A stretch of DNA of 63,991 bases, filler included, from an uncultured Methanoregulaceae archaeon (GTDB lineage: Archaea; Halobacteriota; Methanomicrobia; Methanomicrobiales; Methanospirillaceae), in assembly GCA_964530035.1 (NCBI GenBank). It is 6 parts of 6 records of this genome, joined end to end, with 100 filler letters (N's around TTAATTAATTAA, not from the genome) between each part and the next. Parts side by side here need not be neighbours in the genome. Positions count along the whole stretch, not along the records: positions 1 to 11,260 come from CAZGXZ010000074.1; positions 11,361 to 22,602 come from CAZGXZ010000075.1; 4 more parts are not named here. One strand, written 5' to 3'. This document shows positions 10,741 to 20,207 of this stretch, in pieces. A program made the position numbers and the translations under genes. Numbering within the stretch: position 1 is the first letter of the stretch; each line of letters begins with the position of its first letter. Below the pieces are notes generated by a model, which searched no databases, had not been told where the DNA came from, and saw only the letters and a list, made by a program, of their open reading frames with translations.

Positions 10741-11260
10741 ATGAGGAGTATGGACCTCGAATCTTATATCGAACAGTCGGCCGACCAGATTGACCGTATT
10801 ATTGACCGTTATTTTGGCGGAGGAGGGACAGACCTTGCCCGCGCGAGCGCTCACCTGCTCCTTGCCGGCGGCAAGCGGCTCAGGCCGACGGTGACCCTCC
10901 TGTCTGCCGAAGCCGTTCGGAAAGGGGGTTCTGATGCGGCGGTGCAGGCAGCAATCGCCCTTGAACTGACCCATAACTTCACTCTCATCCATGATGACAT
11001 CATGGACGGGGACCGTCTGAGGCGGGGTGTCCCTACCGTCCATGCCAAGTGGGACGAACCCACGGCAATCCTTGCCGGAGATGTCCTTTTTGCCCGGGCA
11101 TTCGAATTCATCACACTTTCCGGCGCACCCGACCCGGCAAAAGTCAGGGCGATTTCCATGCTCGCACGAACTTGTGCTGAGTTATGTGAAGGGCAGCACA
11201 TGGACATGAATTTTGAGAACCGGGACGATGTAAATGAGTTTGAGTACATGGAAATGGTCC
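10741..11260 (+). CDS. Polyprenyl (geranylgeranyl) diphosphate synthase, 3'-truncated by contig end
   Basis: GGKRLRP, LIHDDIMDGDRLRRG (first Asp-rich motif), AILAGD, GQHMDM. Confidence 0.93.
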
Positions 11261-11360
11261 NNNNNNNNNNNNNNNNNNNNNNNNNNNNNNNNNNNNNNNN
11301 NNNNTTAATTAATTAANNNNNNNNNNNNNNNNNNNNNNNNNNNNNNNNNNNNNNNNNNNN
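11261..11360. other. Artificial contig spacer
   Basis: N run with central TTAATTAATTAA (stops in all six frames). Confidence 0.99.
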
Positions 11361-11361
11361 G

Positions 11362-11733
11362 ATCAGCGACCAGATAGGGACAATAGAAATCTATGCTGAC
11401 CCGCTGGCAGACAAGGTCTTCACCCACCTGTTTGAAAATACCAAGAATCATGGCAAAACTGCAAAAAAAATCATGATATCCGCTAACGAAACCGAAGAAG
11501 GCCTTTCAATCATATATATGGATGATGGCGTGGGAATAGAGGAAAAGGAGAAGTCACGCATTTTTTCCAGGGGATATGGGCCGAATACCGGATTCGGACT
11601 TTCTCTGTCACGGGAAATCCTGTCTCTCACCGGCATGGGCATTACTGAGGAAGGCCTTCCCGGTAAAGGGGCCAGGTTCAGGATATCAGTCCCACCGGGA
11701 GTATACAGGTATCGGCGGGAGAGTTTGGATTAG
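11362..11733 (+). CDS. Sensor histidine kinase, C-terminal HATPase fragment (5'-truncated)
   Basis: EIYADPLADKVFTHLFENTKNHG, DDGVGI, GYGPNTGFGLSL, GARF. Confidence 0.88.
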   Translation: MSDQIGTIEIYADPLADKVFTHLFENTKNHGKTAKKIMISANETEEGLSIIYMDDGVGIEEKEKSRIFSRGYGPNTGFGLSLSREILSLTGMGITEEGLPGKGARFRISVPPGVYRYRRESLD

Positions 11734-11847
11734 GTTGCTTCGGCCTTGAATTGAACGTGCAGAGGGACTGGAAGACCGGCGGAGTGTGTCGGACATTCAT
11801 GGCATCAAAAGATAGGGTTTAGAGTCTCTCTGTCAAACTGTTTCACC

Positions 11848-12699
11848 ATGAATGGTTCATTTGCACACAGCTTTCAGCTCGTCAGGAACTCATGGAGCGT
11901 TCTGAAACAGGATAAAAAGATCCTTGTTTTTCCAGTTATTGCCTGTATTGCATTCATAATTGTCCTTGCCTCATTTCTTGCCCCTGTGGTAATTCTGGAG
12001 ATGTTCGGGCAGGGGGATGCTGGCATTATCCTCGGAATAATCTTAATTTTTCTCTTTTATCTTGTTAGTTACGCAATAATCATCTTTTTCAACACCGCCC
12101 TCATCACCTGTGCTTATATAAGGCTCTCCGGAAAGGAACCAACCCTGTCAGAGGGGATATCCAATGCCCTTGCCCACCTGAGTTCCATCATCGTGTGGGC
12201 TGTTATTGCAGCAACGGTCGGCCTGGTCCTACAGGTTATCGCGGAAAAAACGGGCATCATAGGTCAGATCGCAACCAGCCTTCTTGGTGCTGCATGGAGC
12301 CTTGCCACCTTTTTTGTCATTCCGGTATTCGCCTTTGAAGACAAGGGTGTCGGTCAGGCGATGAAAGAGTCACTTGCCCTTGTCAGAAAGACCTGGGGAG
12401 AGGCGGTTATCGGTACAGGTTCTGTCATGGTGATCTTCATCCTGCTCGGGGCTGCCTGTCTCATCCCGCTCGCGGTAGTCATCATCACTCATACCGGACA
12501 TCTTCTTGTCCCTGTTCTGGCTGTCACCTTACCAGCTCTTTTCATTGTTGGAGCGCTTGCGTCCACGATGCAAGGAATCTTTGTTGCCGCCCTGTACAGG
12601 TATGCTAGAAACGGAGAGATTTCAGAATATTTTGATGAATCCATTATTAGAAGTGCCTTTATCCCTCAAAAGCCTGCTATTCGGCCCGGGTCCATCTGA
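11848..12699 (+). CDS. Multi-pass membrane protein (DUF6159-like)
   Basis: About 6 hydrophobic helices; SWSVLKQDK..LVFP, AWSLATFFVIPV, SLALVRKTWGE. Confidence 0.7.
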   Translation: MNGSFAHSFQLVRNSWSVLKQDKKILVFPVIACIAFIIVLASFLAPVVILEMFGQGDAGIILGIILIFLFYLVSYAIIIFFNTALITCAYIRLSGKEPTLSEGISNALAHLSSIIVWAVIAATVGLVLQVIAEKTGIIGQIATSLLGAAWSLATFFVIPVFAFEDKGVGQAMKESLALVRKTWGEAVIGTGSVMVIFILLGAACLIPLAVVIITHTGHLLVPVLAVTLPALFIVGALASTMQGIFVAALYRYARNGEISEYFDESIIRSAFIPQKPAIRPGSI

Positions 12700-12950
12700 T
12701 CCCTGCGGGAACAGCCGCACAAACGGCTTCCGTAATAGAATACCTGGAGGAAGTTCCCCTTCCGCGGGCCATTATCTCCGTATTTAAAATTCGTTTCCTG
12801 GGCCGCGGCAGCCTACAGGGTTGTATCCTTCGATACCCATACGTGGATGCAGCCATAGCCTCACCGGGGTATCGAGACCTTGCGAGTTATCCCCGAAACT
12901 CCAGATGGCTGATCAGGAATACACAGGCTTCCCCGGCAGGATTTGAAAAA

Positions 12951-13616
12951 TTACTTCCCCCGGGAGAGCCAGACAAAAGCGATTACAGGAAAAATATAAA
13001 GGAAGTTGCCCTGGGAGAGGTTGCCGGTATCAAGAAAGATCCCGATTACCGCTGTAGCGGGAAAGATCAGCATCCGGATGTACAGGTCCTTCGCAAAAAT
13101 CCTGGATACCTCGGGGATAGTTAACCGACGATGATCAGTTGCATGCCACCACTGAATCGCCAGGACCGTGCCGCACAGGATGATATTTACATGAAAGGCC
13201 AGTGCGTACGGAAAAACGAGGTCCGTTATACTCATCAGGAGAGAGGTCAGCGGGACAAAGACGATGGCCAGCAGGAAAAGAAACTCGAGATATACGAATT
13301 CCCGATCAACCAGGCGGATATTCCGCATGATTTCAAATGCCAGGACATAGAAAACGGCAAGAATGATAAACGTAAACATGAAGTGAAAGCCGTCGAAACA
13401 GACACGGACAAGATATTCGACTATTTCACGCACATTTGCAGCATCCTCGGCGGTCGGAAGAGGGATATTGTTCTTGACGATAAGGGTCATTGCAAAGGCA
13501 AAGACGCCGTTCATCAGGATCTCAAGCATATCCTGGCCAACCGGCCCACGACAGCACACAGGAGTGCCCTGCTGGCCCGAGGGCCTCCTCTTCAAAAAAG
13601 ATAGCCGGGTGATCAT
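12951..13616 (-). CDS. TMEM175/DUF1211-like membrane protein (second of pair)
   Basis: LEILMNGVFAFAMTLIV resembles TMEM175 helix 1 (RLEAFSDGVFAIAITL); later FLLAIVFVPLTSLL. Confidence 0.75.
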   Translation of the reverse strand: MITRLSFLKRRPSGQQGTPVCCRGPVGQDMLEILMNGVFAFAMTLIVKNNIPLPTAEDAANVREIVEYLVRVCFDGFHFMFTFIILAVFYVLAFEIMRNIRLVDREFVYLEFLFLLAIVFVPLTSLLMSITDLVFPYALAFHVNIILCGTVLAIQWWHATDHRRLTIPEVSRIFAKDLYIRMLIFPATAVIGIFLDTGNLSQGNFLYIFPVIAFVWLSRGK

Positions 13617-14275
13617 TCAAACCTCCTCTCCTCTCCCATGATCCTCCATGACTGCCACGAGGAGACTGCAATAAAGGCAGCCATAGTTCCAAAATAAATA
13701 AACCTGGTGTAATGAACTCCCAGAGATGCCAGTACCATCCCGATGACCGCAGTTACAGGGATGAAAAGCATCCTGACATTCGTGCAATGGATCTGGGCCA
13801 TACCGATATCAGGCAACAGGAGCTGTCGTCGCACGGAAGCGTGCCGCCACTCGAGCAGGAGGAACACTCCGAAGCAGAATACGTTGAGATGGAAAAGGAA
13901 TGCAAAAAATGACTCAAGCAGGAACAGTTCGACGAGGTGGCTGGTGACAGGGATGAAGATCAGCATCATAAGTCCGGCGAAGTGGAGGTAAAGAAAATGC
14001 CGGTCAACCCGGGACAGCTGGTGGAGCATGTGGTACGTGATAATCCAGAACACACCTATTAAAATGAAGGCAAGGATGAAACTCATGATTTGCGGGATCT
14101 GCCCAAAACCGTACTGGGCTATCGTATCATTGACATGATAATCCGCGAATGAGGGGGTCCGGATATTTTTAAAAAGCAGGAGCAGGGTGAAGGCATAAAT
14201 CGCATTCGTCAGCCTGCCAACGTTTACGCGGGTAACAGGCCCTTCCACCAGGAATTTATCCGTCATTGAAGACAA
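13613..14275 (-). CDS. TMEM175/DUF1211-like membrane protein (first of pair)
   Basis: RLTNAIYAFTLLLL, SFILAFILIGVFWIITYH, LMMLIFIPVTSHL; 4-nt overlap with the downstream paralog. Confidence 0.75.
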   Translation of the reverse strand: MSSMTDKFLVEGPVTRVNVGRLTNAIYAFTLLLLFKNIRTPSFADYHVNDTIAQYGFGQIPQIMSFILAFILIGVFWIITYHMLHQLSRVDRHFLYLHFAGLMMLIFIPVTSHLVELFLLESFFAFLFHLNVFCFGVFLLLEWRHASVRRQLLLPDIGMAQIHCTNVRMLFIPVTAVIGMVLASLGVHYTRFIYFGTMAAFIAVSSWQSWRIMGEERRFE

Positions 14276-14369
14276 TAGAAAGTTGACGCTCGGGATGGAT
14301 AAGGTTCACGACAAGACTTGATTATTTTTACCTTCCCTTTCATTCATAAAGACAGGAGGTAGTGGGGAT

Positions 14370-15176
14370 ATGCCGGTTGAACTCCGCGAGTTAAAGACAC
14401 ACAATGAGATGAAGGAGTGTCTGAGGCTCCAGGGAGAGATCTGGGGTCTCACGGATCTCGGAAAAACATCCCCGATAACCCTTTCATCCCTGACCATCCA
14501 ATCCCCGAGGACCGGTTTCATCCTCGGCTGGTTCCTCGGAGGCAGGATGATTGCGACATCCATTATCATGGGGACATTCGAACCAGGAACGGTTTTCGGC
14601 AGGATGTTTGGTATACTTCCAGAATACCGGAACGTGCGGGTCGGACGTGAGATCCACCAGAAGCTCTTTCCCTATCTCGTTTCACATGGGGTGTTGCGAA
14701 TGGTCTGGGCTTATGAACCCCTTGAAGGCCGTAATGCAAACCTCTATCTTAACCGGTCGGGTGGTGAAGTTTTTTCATACAACCCCGACTTCTACATCGA
14801 TGTGGACGAGATGAGCTCGGGTATGCCGACCGACCGTTTTCTTGTCAGGTCAGACCTCAATTCAGAAAGGACACGAACTGCACTATCCCAAGGTCTGCAG
14901 GTCCCCTCTGTTGAAGATGCACTCGCACGTTACCCGGTGGCAACTGCATCGTCTTTTCCTGACAGCCCAGGTATTCTGGTAAGAATTCCCGGTGAGTTAC
15001 AGGATCTCAAGCGATCTGATCCTGCCGCTGCAATGGCATTCAGGACGGAAACCCGGGCTATTTTTTCTGAATACATCAATATACGGCATTATCGTTCCCG
15101 AGCTTTCATAACCGGAGTCACGAACGGGGGACGGGTGAACTGGTACCTCCTTGAAAAAAACGGATTGCCCCAGTAA
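14370..15176 (+). CDS. GNAT-family acyltransferase (resembles N-succinyltransferase-type GNATs)
   Basis: LQGEIWG, GILPEYRNVRVG (acyl-CoA motif A), MVWAYEPLEGRNANLYL, PTDRFLV. Confidence 0.7.
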   Translation: MPVELRELKTHNEMKECLRLQGEIWGLTDLGKTSPITLSSLTIQSPRTGFILGWFLGGRMIATSIIMGTFEPGTVFGRMFGILPEYRNVRVGREIHQKLFPYLVSHGVLRMVWAYEPLEGRNANLYLNRSGGEVFSYNPDFYIDVDEMSSGMPTDRFLVRSDLNSERTRTALSQGLQVPSVEDALARYPVATASSFPDSPGILVRIPGELQDLKRSDPAAAMAFRTETRAIFSEYINIRHYRSRAFITGVTNGGRVNWYLLEKNGLPQ

Positions 15177-15409
15177 ACCGGCTCTTTAAGCGTATTTTCC
15201 TTAATACAGCTCTGAACTATCACATGAAGACAGAGCTGTCCCGGTATCTCATTTCATGGAACTGCCGAGTCCTGCCGGACCTGCACCCACGCGGGCATAT
15301 CCCAGTTGGATTGGCGAAGAAGAGTTGCTTTTAGATGAGCAACTGGGAGAACAGGAGAACCACATCCACATTTCCGCTTCCTTTATACCTTTCCAGGCAA
15401 TTCTTTGAT

Positions 15410-16906
15410 ATGCCTCTTCAACCCCTCCTTGTTGCCAGGGGGTCCAGGGATCTCGGGATCCTGCCTGGCATGGCAAACCGCCACGGCCTTGTCGCAGGTG
15501 CCTCCGGGACCGGGAAAACCGTCACGTTACGAACCCTTGCTGAGAGTTTTTCATCGATCGGTGTTCCGGTGTTTCTTGCAGATGTGAAAGGCGACCTCTC
15601 CGGGATGGCGGTACCCGGCGGTGACAGCCCAAAAATTGCCGAGCGTGCACAACAACTCGGACTGGCGCCCATGGCATACACCGGCTATCCTGTGACATTC
15701 CTTGATGTTTTTGGTCAGCAGGGGCACCCTGTCAGGACCACGGTCTCAGATATGGGTCCCCTCCTCCTCTCGAGGATCCTTGCGCTGAATGACCTTCAGA
15801 CAGACCTTCTGACGGTGATGTTCAGGATTGCGGATGAGCGTAGACTCATCCTCACGGATACCAAGGATCTCAGGGCAATGCTAAGATATATCTCCGAGCA
15901 CACCGCCGAATTAAGGGCTGCATATGGGACAATTTCACCCGCAAGTGCCGGGGCCATCCAGCGGGCTGTCCTCGCCTTTGAACAGGAAGGGGGTTCCGTC
16001 CTTTTCGGCGAGCCCTCGTTTGCGATATCAGACCTCATACGTCAGGACTCATCGGGCAGGGGGGCGATCTCCATCCTCGCTTCAGACAGGCTCATGCGTT
16101 CCCCGAAGGTCTATGCCACATTTCTCCTCTACCTGCTGTCCGAGCTGTTTGAAAACCTTCCCGAGGTTGGAGACCCGGAAAAACCGGCCCTCATCTTCTT
16201 TTTCGATGAGGCCCACCTCCTCTTCACTGACGCTCCGAAAATCCTCCGGGACCGCATAGCGCAGGTTGTCAGGCTGATCAGGTCAAAGGGGGTTGGGGTG
16301 TATTTCGTCACGCAAAACCCCACGGACATCCCTGATGAGATCCTCGGACAGTTGTCCCACCGCTTCCAGCATGCCCTCAGGGCATTTACTGAAAAGGACT
16401 CCCGGGCCATAAAGGCGGCAGCCGGGACATTCAGAAAAAATCCGGCATTCGATACCGCCGAGGTCATCACGACGCTCGGTGTTGGAGAGGCCCTGGTCTC
16501 GGTCCTTGAACCCGGAGGTACACCGTCAGTTGTCGAACGGGCCTTCATCTATCCCCCACACAGCCGGCTCCTCCCCCTGGCTCAGGAGGAACGGCTATCC
16601 GTCCTCCGTTCATCAGTCCTGTATGGTAAATATGACCAGTCCATCGAGCGGGACAGCGCCTTCGAAACCCTCGCACGGGAGTCTGAAAAAGAATCTCAGG
16701 ATAAACAGGAAACTGAGCGTGAAGCAAAACCGGCCTCTCGGGAGAGGAAGCCGCAGACCAGGAAGACCAGTACCCGCAAACCTGCTGAACGAAATATTGC
16801 AGCAGAAGTCGCCGGGACTGCAGCCAAAACAATAGGAAACGAGATAGCCAGGGGGCTTATCCGGGGTGTGCTTGGCTCCCTGACCGGAGGGAGCAGAAAG
16901 CGATAG
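15410..16906 (+). CDS. HerA-like P-loop ATPase (DUF853/YjgR family)
   Basis: ANRHGLVAGASGTGKT, ADVKGDLSG, FFFDEAHLLF, VRLIRSKGVGVYFVTQNP. Confidence 0.92.
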   Translation: MPLQPLLVARGSRDLGILPGMANRHGLVAGASGTGKTVTLRTLAESFSSIGVPVFLADVKGDLSGMAVPGGDSPKIAERAQQLGLAPMAYTGYPVTFLDVFGQQGHPVRTTVSDMGPLLLSRILALNDLQTDLLTVMFRIADERRLILTDTKDLRAMLRYISEHTAELRAAYGTISPASAGAIQRAVLAFEQEGGSVLFGEPSFAISDLIRQDSSGRGAISILASDRLMRSPKVYATFLLYLLSELFENLPEVGDPEKPALIFFFDEAHLLFTDAPKILRDRIAQVVRLIRSKGVGVYFVTQNPTDIPDEILGQLSHRFQHALRAFTEKDSRAIKAAAGTFRKNPAFDTAEVITTLGVGEALVSVLEPGGTPSVVERAFIYPPHSRLLPLAQEERLSVLRSSVLYGKYDQSIERDSAFETLARESEKESQDKQETEREAKPASRERKPQTRKTSTRKPAERNIAAEVAGTAAKTIGNEIARGLIRGVLGSLTGGSRKR

Positions 16907-17089
16907 TCCAGGGTCTTTTTTTCTCCCATTTCCTCATCAGACGGGGTATCCGGCAGTATTGGTAGTACTGATAACCACCCCGATCCATCAGGTACTGGTC
17001 ACTTTCCAGCAGAAAGGAGAGTCCGGGAATAGGTGAAGGGCCCCTCCTGCGATTAGCTGCATGCTTTCGGTGGCCTTGATAACCACTTA

Positions 17090-18072
17090 GTGCAGATCAC
17101 ATCCGCAGATAGTCAAACTCATGAGTCTGAACGGTCTGGGATTCATCGAGCGCTGGCGGTATCTGTTTCCCGAATTTTTTGATGATATCGCCTTGGACAG
17201 GTTGATAGGCTTATAAATAACCCGGGATTACCTCAACGACGATATTCTAGGAAGGACCCTGGATGCATCCGCTGAATATAGGCCGACAGAATTGTTCAAT
17301 GAAATAGTGTCAGAATGCCTCATTCCATAAGAATTCGGTTCAAACTGTGTTCATGTGTTTTCGCCCATCTAAAAGTGATCCAGTAGGCTCACGTAAAAAT
17401 GATGCAGAAGCAGTTGCTGATAAATGGCTAACCAAGCACGCCCGGTATCGTTTCAAGAAGGTTTCAATTGTTCCAATCTCTCGAAAGACCTCCAAAAAAC
17501 GCGGAGGGCCGAAAACAGATGAACCAATGACTGTTGTTTAGTGTCTTGATGCTGAAATAGAGCACAATCCAGAGTTTATCCAAAAGGAACTACAAAAAAT
17601 GGGGAGATTTGTCCTTACACCAAATGGTTCTGATCTTTCTCCGGACACCCTCCTTAAATAATACCGGGACCAGGATGTTGTAGAACGCGGGTTTTGCTTA
17701 CTGAAAGACAAATCTTTTAGAGTTGCTGAAGTCTTTCTCAAGAAAAATTCATCAATCCAGGCCTTGGCGATGATTATGGTGCTTTGTTTATTCATTTACT
17801 CCATGGTGGAATTCCGGTTACGACAGGCTTTGGAAAGTAATGGCTGTTAATGGCAAAATGGTGATCAGCCAGACTAAAAAGCCAACTCAGCGACCGACTT
17901 TGAAATGGGTGTTCTTTTTGTTCCGGAGAGTAAGAGCGTTCTCTGTTTTGGTTGATGATAGATATATGACCAAAATAGATAATTTATCGCCAGATTTGAG
18001 AAAAATACTTGCATTGCTTGGACTATCCTATGAAAAAAAGTATTTTCGACTATCCACCCGCGGATTGGAGGA
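17090..18072 (+). pseudogene. Decayed IS1634-family transposase (internal deletion, stops, frameshifts)
   Basis: Fragments read LNGLGFIER..YLFPEFF..IALDRLIG..LNDDILGRTLD, MGRFVL, QDVVERGFCLLKDKSFRVAEVFLKK..IQALAMIMVLCL, KPTQRPTLKWVFFLF..YEKKYF in shifting frames; AT-rich. Confidence 0.8.
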
Positions 18073-18288
18073 TTATTGGGGGAAAAACCCGGTGCTATCG
18101 ACAGAAATGAAAAGTTCAGGTTTTCCAGGTTTTTTCAATGTTTCAAGTTCCTCGGACCGGTGCTCAAGGCATGTAAGTGTATCAGGTATCTGTTTAAAGT
18201 CCCGCAAGGCGGTCTTCAATATGCTGATAAATTCCCCTGCTCCTGAAGAGGGAGCAGATGGCCAAGGTTATTTTATGCCGGGTCCCTT

Positions 18289-19749
18289 TTACGGGAGATA
18301 ATCCCTGGAGGGTTTCCCTTTTTTCCGGTATATTGCATACCCGCCACCGGCAAGGATGACAAGAATCCCGATCACCGCGAAGCTGGTGGTATAACCGATT
18401 GGTGCCTCCGGCACAAGGGTATTTCCGGAAACTGCGGGAGCCTCCGGAGCTGTGGTGGGTCTGAACTCGATGCGCGCACCGAAATCATAACGCTCTCTCG
18501 ATATATTGCAATCCGCACCTAGTCGTCCTATCCCCGCACCACCGGCATGCTTCCAACCGCCTCCTGAAAGCAGAATATTCGGTGAACTGGGTGAACTTGG
18601 ATCTGTGCTATTTGGCGGCCAATAATAATCCGACACATATGTGGTTTCTGAACCCCCGACGGAGGAGGGCAGGAAGAACGGTCTGGCAACGTCCGAACTC
18701 ATGAAATTCTTTTGCCAGCCATCATCTGGGCAGAGAAGACCGACAGAGATTACATCGCCTGTATCCAGCACGTCCTTGAATACCGTGGGTTTACCACTTA
18801 ATCCTAAGCCCGTTGGGCTGATCACAAACGTTTTTCCCTCAATCGCATTGAACCCGTCCTGGAACTGAAACACATTACCCCAGAGGTTCTCGATGCCCCG
18901 CCATGATACCGGAGTTTTTCCATTTTCACCCGTCCCGCTTCCCGTGGCATTCATTACAGAGACCTGTGTATCGATAGAGTCGGCTCCGGCGAGTTTTGCT
19001 TTAAAGGTCCCATCATATCCTAAATCCACCACTCCTCTTGATTTCGCCCATGCAGTCTGGCTGTCCAGCGTGAGCATTTCGGTGTAGAAGAGTTGACGGA
19101 GTCCGGAAAACGTCCAGATGTTAGTAATACCCCAGCCGGCTCCTTTGTTCTCCGCATACTGCCGTGCCTGACCAATGGTCATCCATACGGCCGGCGCTTT
19201 TCCGGTAGCGCTCTGTAATTTGTTGCCAGACAGACTTGCAGCATATCTGCCTACGTAATAGTACGGTGCTGCTGTGCCTGCAGCGGTTCCGGTACCGCGC
19301 TGAATGAACATCGGTGCCACTGTGAAACCGTCTGCTGGTACAGGAGAGATATAGTAGTAAAAACTCCCGTTGGAATAGGTGCTCCGCGTATAAAACCGAG
19401 GGATCTCTACCATGACATCCCCGGAAGCGCCGGTCAAATCCAGTCCATCTCCACGATTATTTGTACCGTACAGTACTTCGTTCGAGGGAGTGATGACGAC
19501 GGTTTTCATGTTGCCGGTCACTGCCCAGTTGTTCCAGAACCCTGCATCTTTACCTGGGATGGTTGCCCCGGTTGAGTCGATCTGGTCTAATACGGGGGAA
19601 GGTTTCGTTGAGTCCCACCGGAAGCCGATGATCGTCGTGTCGCTTGCTGCACTTCCAACAACTGGTACCCAGAGAATTGCTAAAAAAAGAACAAAAACAA
19701 TCCAGGATTGATGCACTCTGATGTCCTTTCCCTTCCTGCGATCGTTCAT
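18289..19749 (-). CDS. Secreted, C-terminally membrane-anchored protein with phage tail-fibre/Mtd-like (C-type lectin/FGE-fold) domain
   Basis: N-terminal hydrophobic signal; DVMVEIPRFY, YVGRYAAS, GIENLWGNVFQFQDG, GGGWKHAGGAG...FGARIEF; P/T linker, TM helix, basic tail; start ATG 19749 uncertain. Confidence 0.7.
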   Translation of the reverse strand: MNDRRKGKDIRVHQSWIVFVLFLAILWVPVVGSAASDTTIIGFRWDSTKPSPVLDQIDSTGATIPGKDAGFWNNWAVTGNMKTVVITPSNEVLYGTNNRGDGLDLTGASGDVMVEIPRFYTRSTYSNGSFYYYISPVPADGFTVAPMFIQRGTGTAAGTAAPYYYVGRYAASLSGNKLQSATGKAPAVWMTIGQARQYAENKGAGWGITNIWTFSGLRQLFYTEMLTLDSQTAWAKSRGVVDLGYDGTFKAKLAGADSIDTQVSVMNATGSGTGENGKTPVSWRGIENLWGNVFQFQDGFNAIEGKTFVISPTGLGLSGKPTVFKDVLDTGDVISVGLLCPDDGWQKNFMSSDVARPFFLPSSVGGSETTYVSDYYWPPNSTDPSSPSSPNILLSGGGWKHAGGAGIGRLGADCNISRERYDFGARIEFRPTTAPEAPAVSGNTLVPEAPIGYTTSFAVIGILVILAGGGYAIYRKKGKPSRDYLP

Positions 19750-20207
19750 GGGATTATGCCCTATGCTGTTTTGGAATGTTATTGGCAAGATGGATATAAG
19801 TTTTGAAGCAGAATTTTCTGGAACCACCTTTATTACATGAAAGTCCCGGTCAAGATAAAAAGGAGAGAATTTCGATTAATCAACACAATAGACAGTTCTG
19901 ACATCATTTGAGACCTTCAAAATTGCCTAATCCTTCAAGAAAACGCCAAAGTATCATTTTCCGGCGCTAATCAGGCATATTTTTTGTACCCGCGGGATAG
20001 CTCTGCTCGAGAGCTTGCCTGTGTATTGCGAGTAATTGTGTGAGATTGAAAACGAAATCTCCAATAATCGCTTTTATAGACAAAGGATCTTTTGGTGAAC
20101 TTTACAACTCCTAAATACATTCAAACCCATACCCAAATACCATCGCGCTTTTCCCTTTTCAGGACAACCTGAAACCTGATCATGTCCCGCGGTGAGGAGG
20201 GCTGCCC

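Noticed and set aside
11305..11316. TTAATTAATTAA palindrome recurring five times
   Set aside because: Always centred in N runs; an artificial linker, not a biological repeat
15410..16906. HerA-like ATPase as part of an anti-phage system with the resolvase-like nuclease at 26213
   Set aside because: The two genes are on different, unlinked contigs, and DUF853 is a widespread stand-alone family
17041..17060. Left terminal inverted repeat of the IS1634 remnant
   Set aside because: Only a weak match to the putative right end near 18057-18072; boundaries and target duplication could not be defined
18289..20200. Complete diversity-generating retroelement around the Mtd-like gene
   Set aside because: I saw no reverse transcriptase, Avd-like gene or second copy of the variable-region-like segment in this window, and the segment is internal rather than at the gene end
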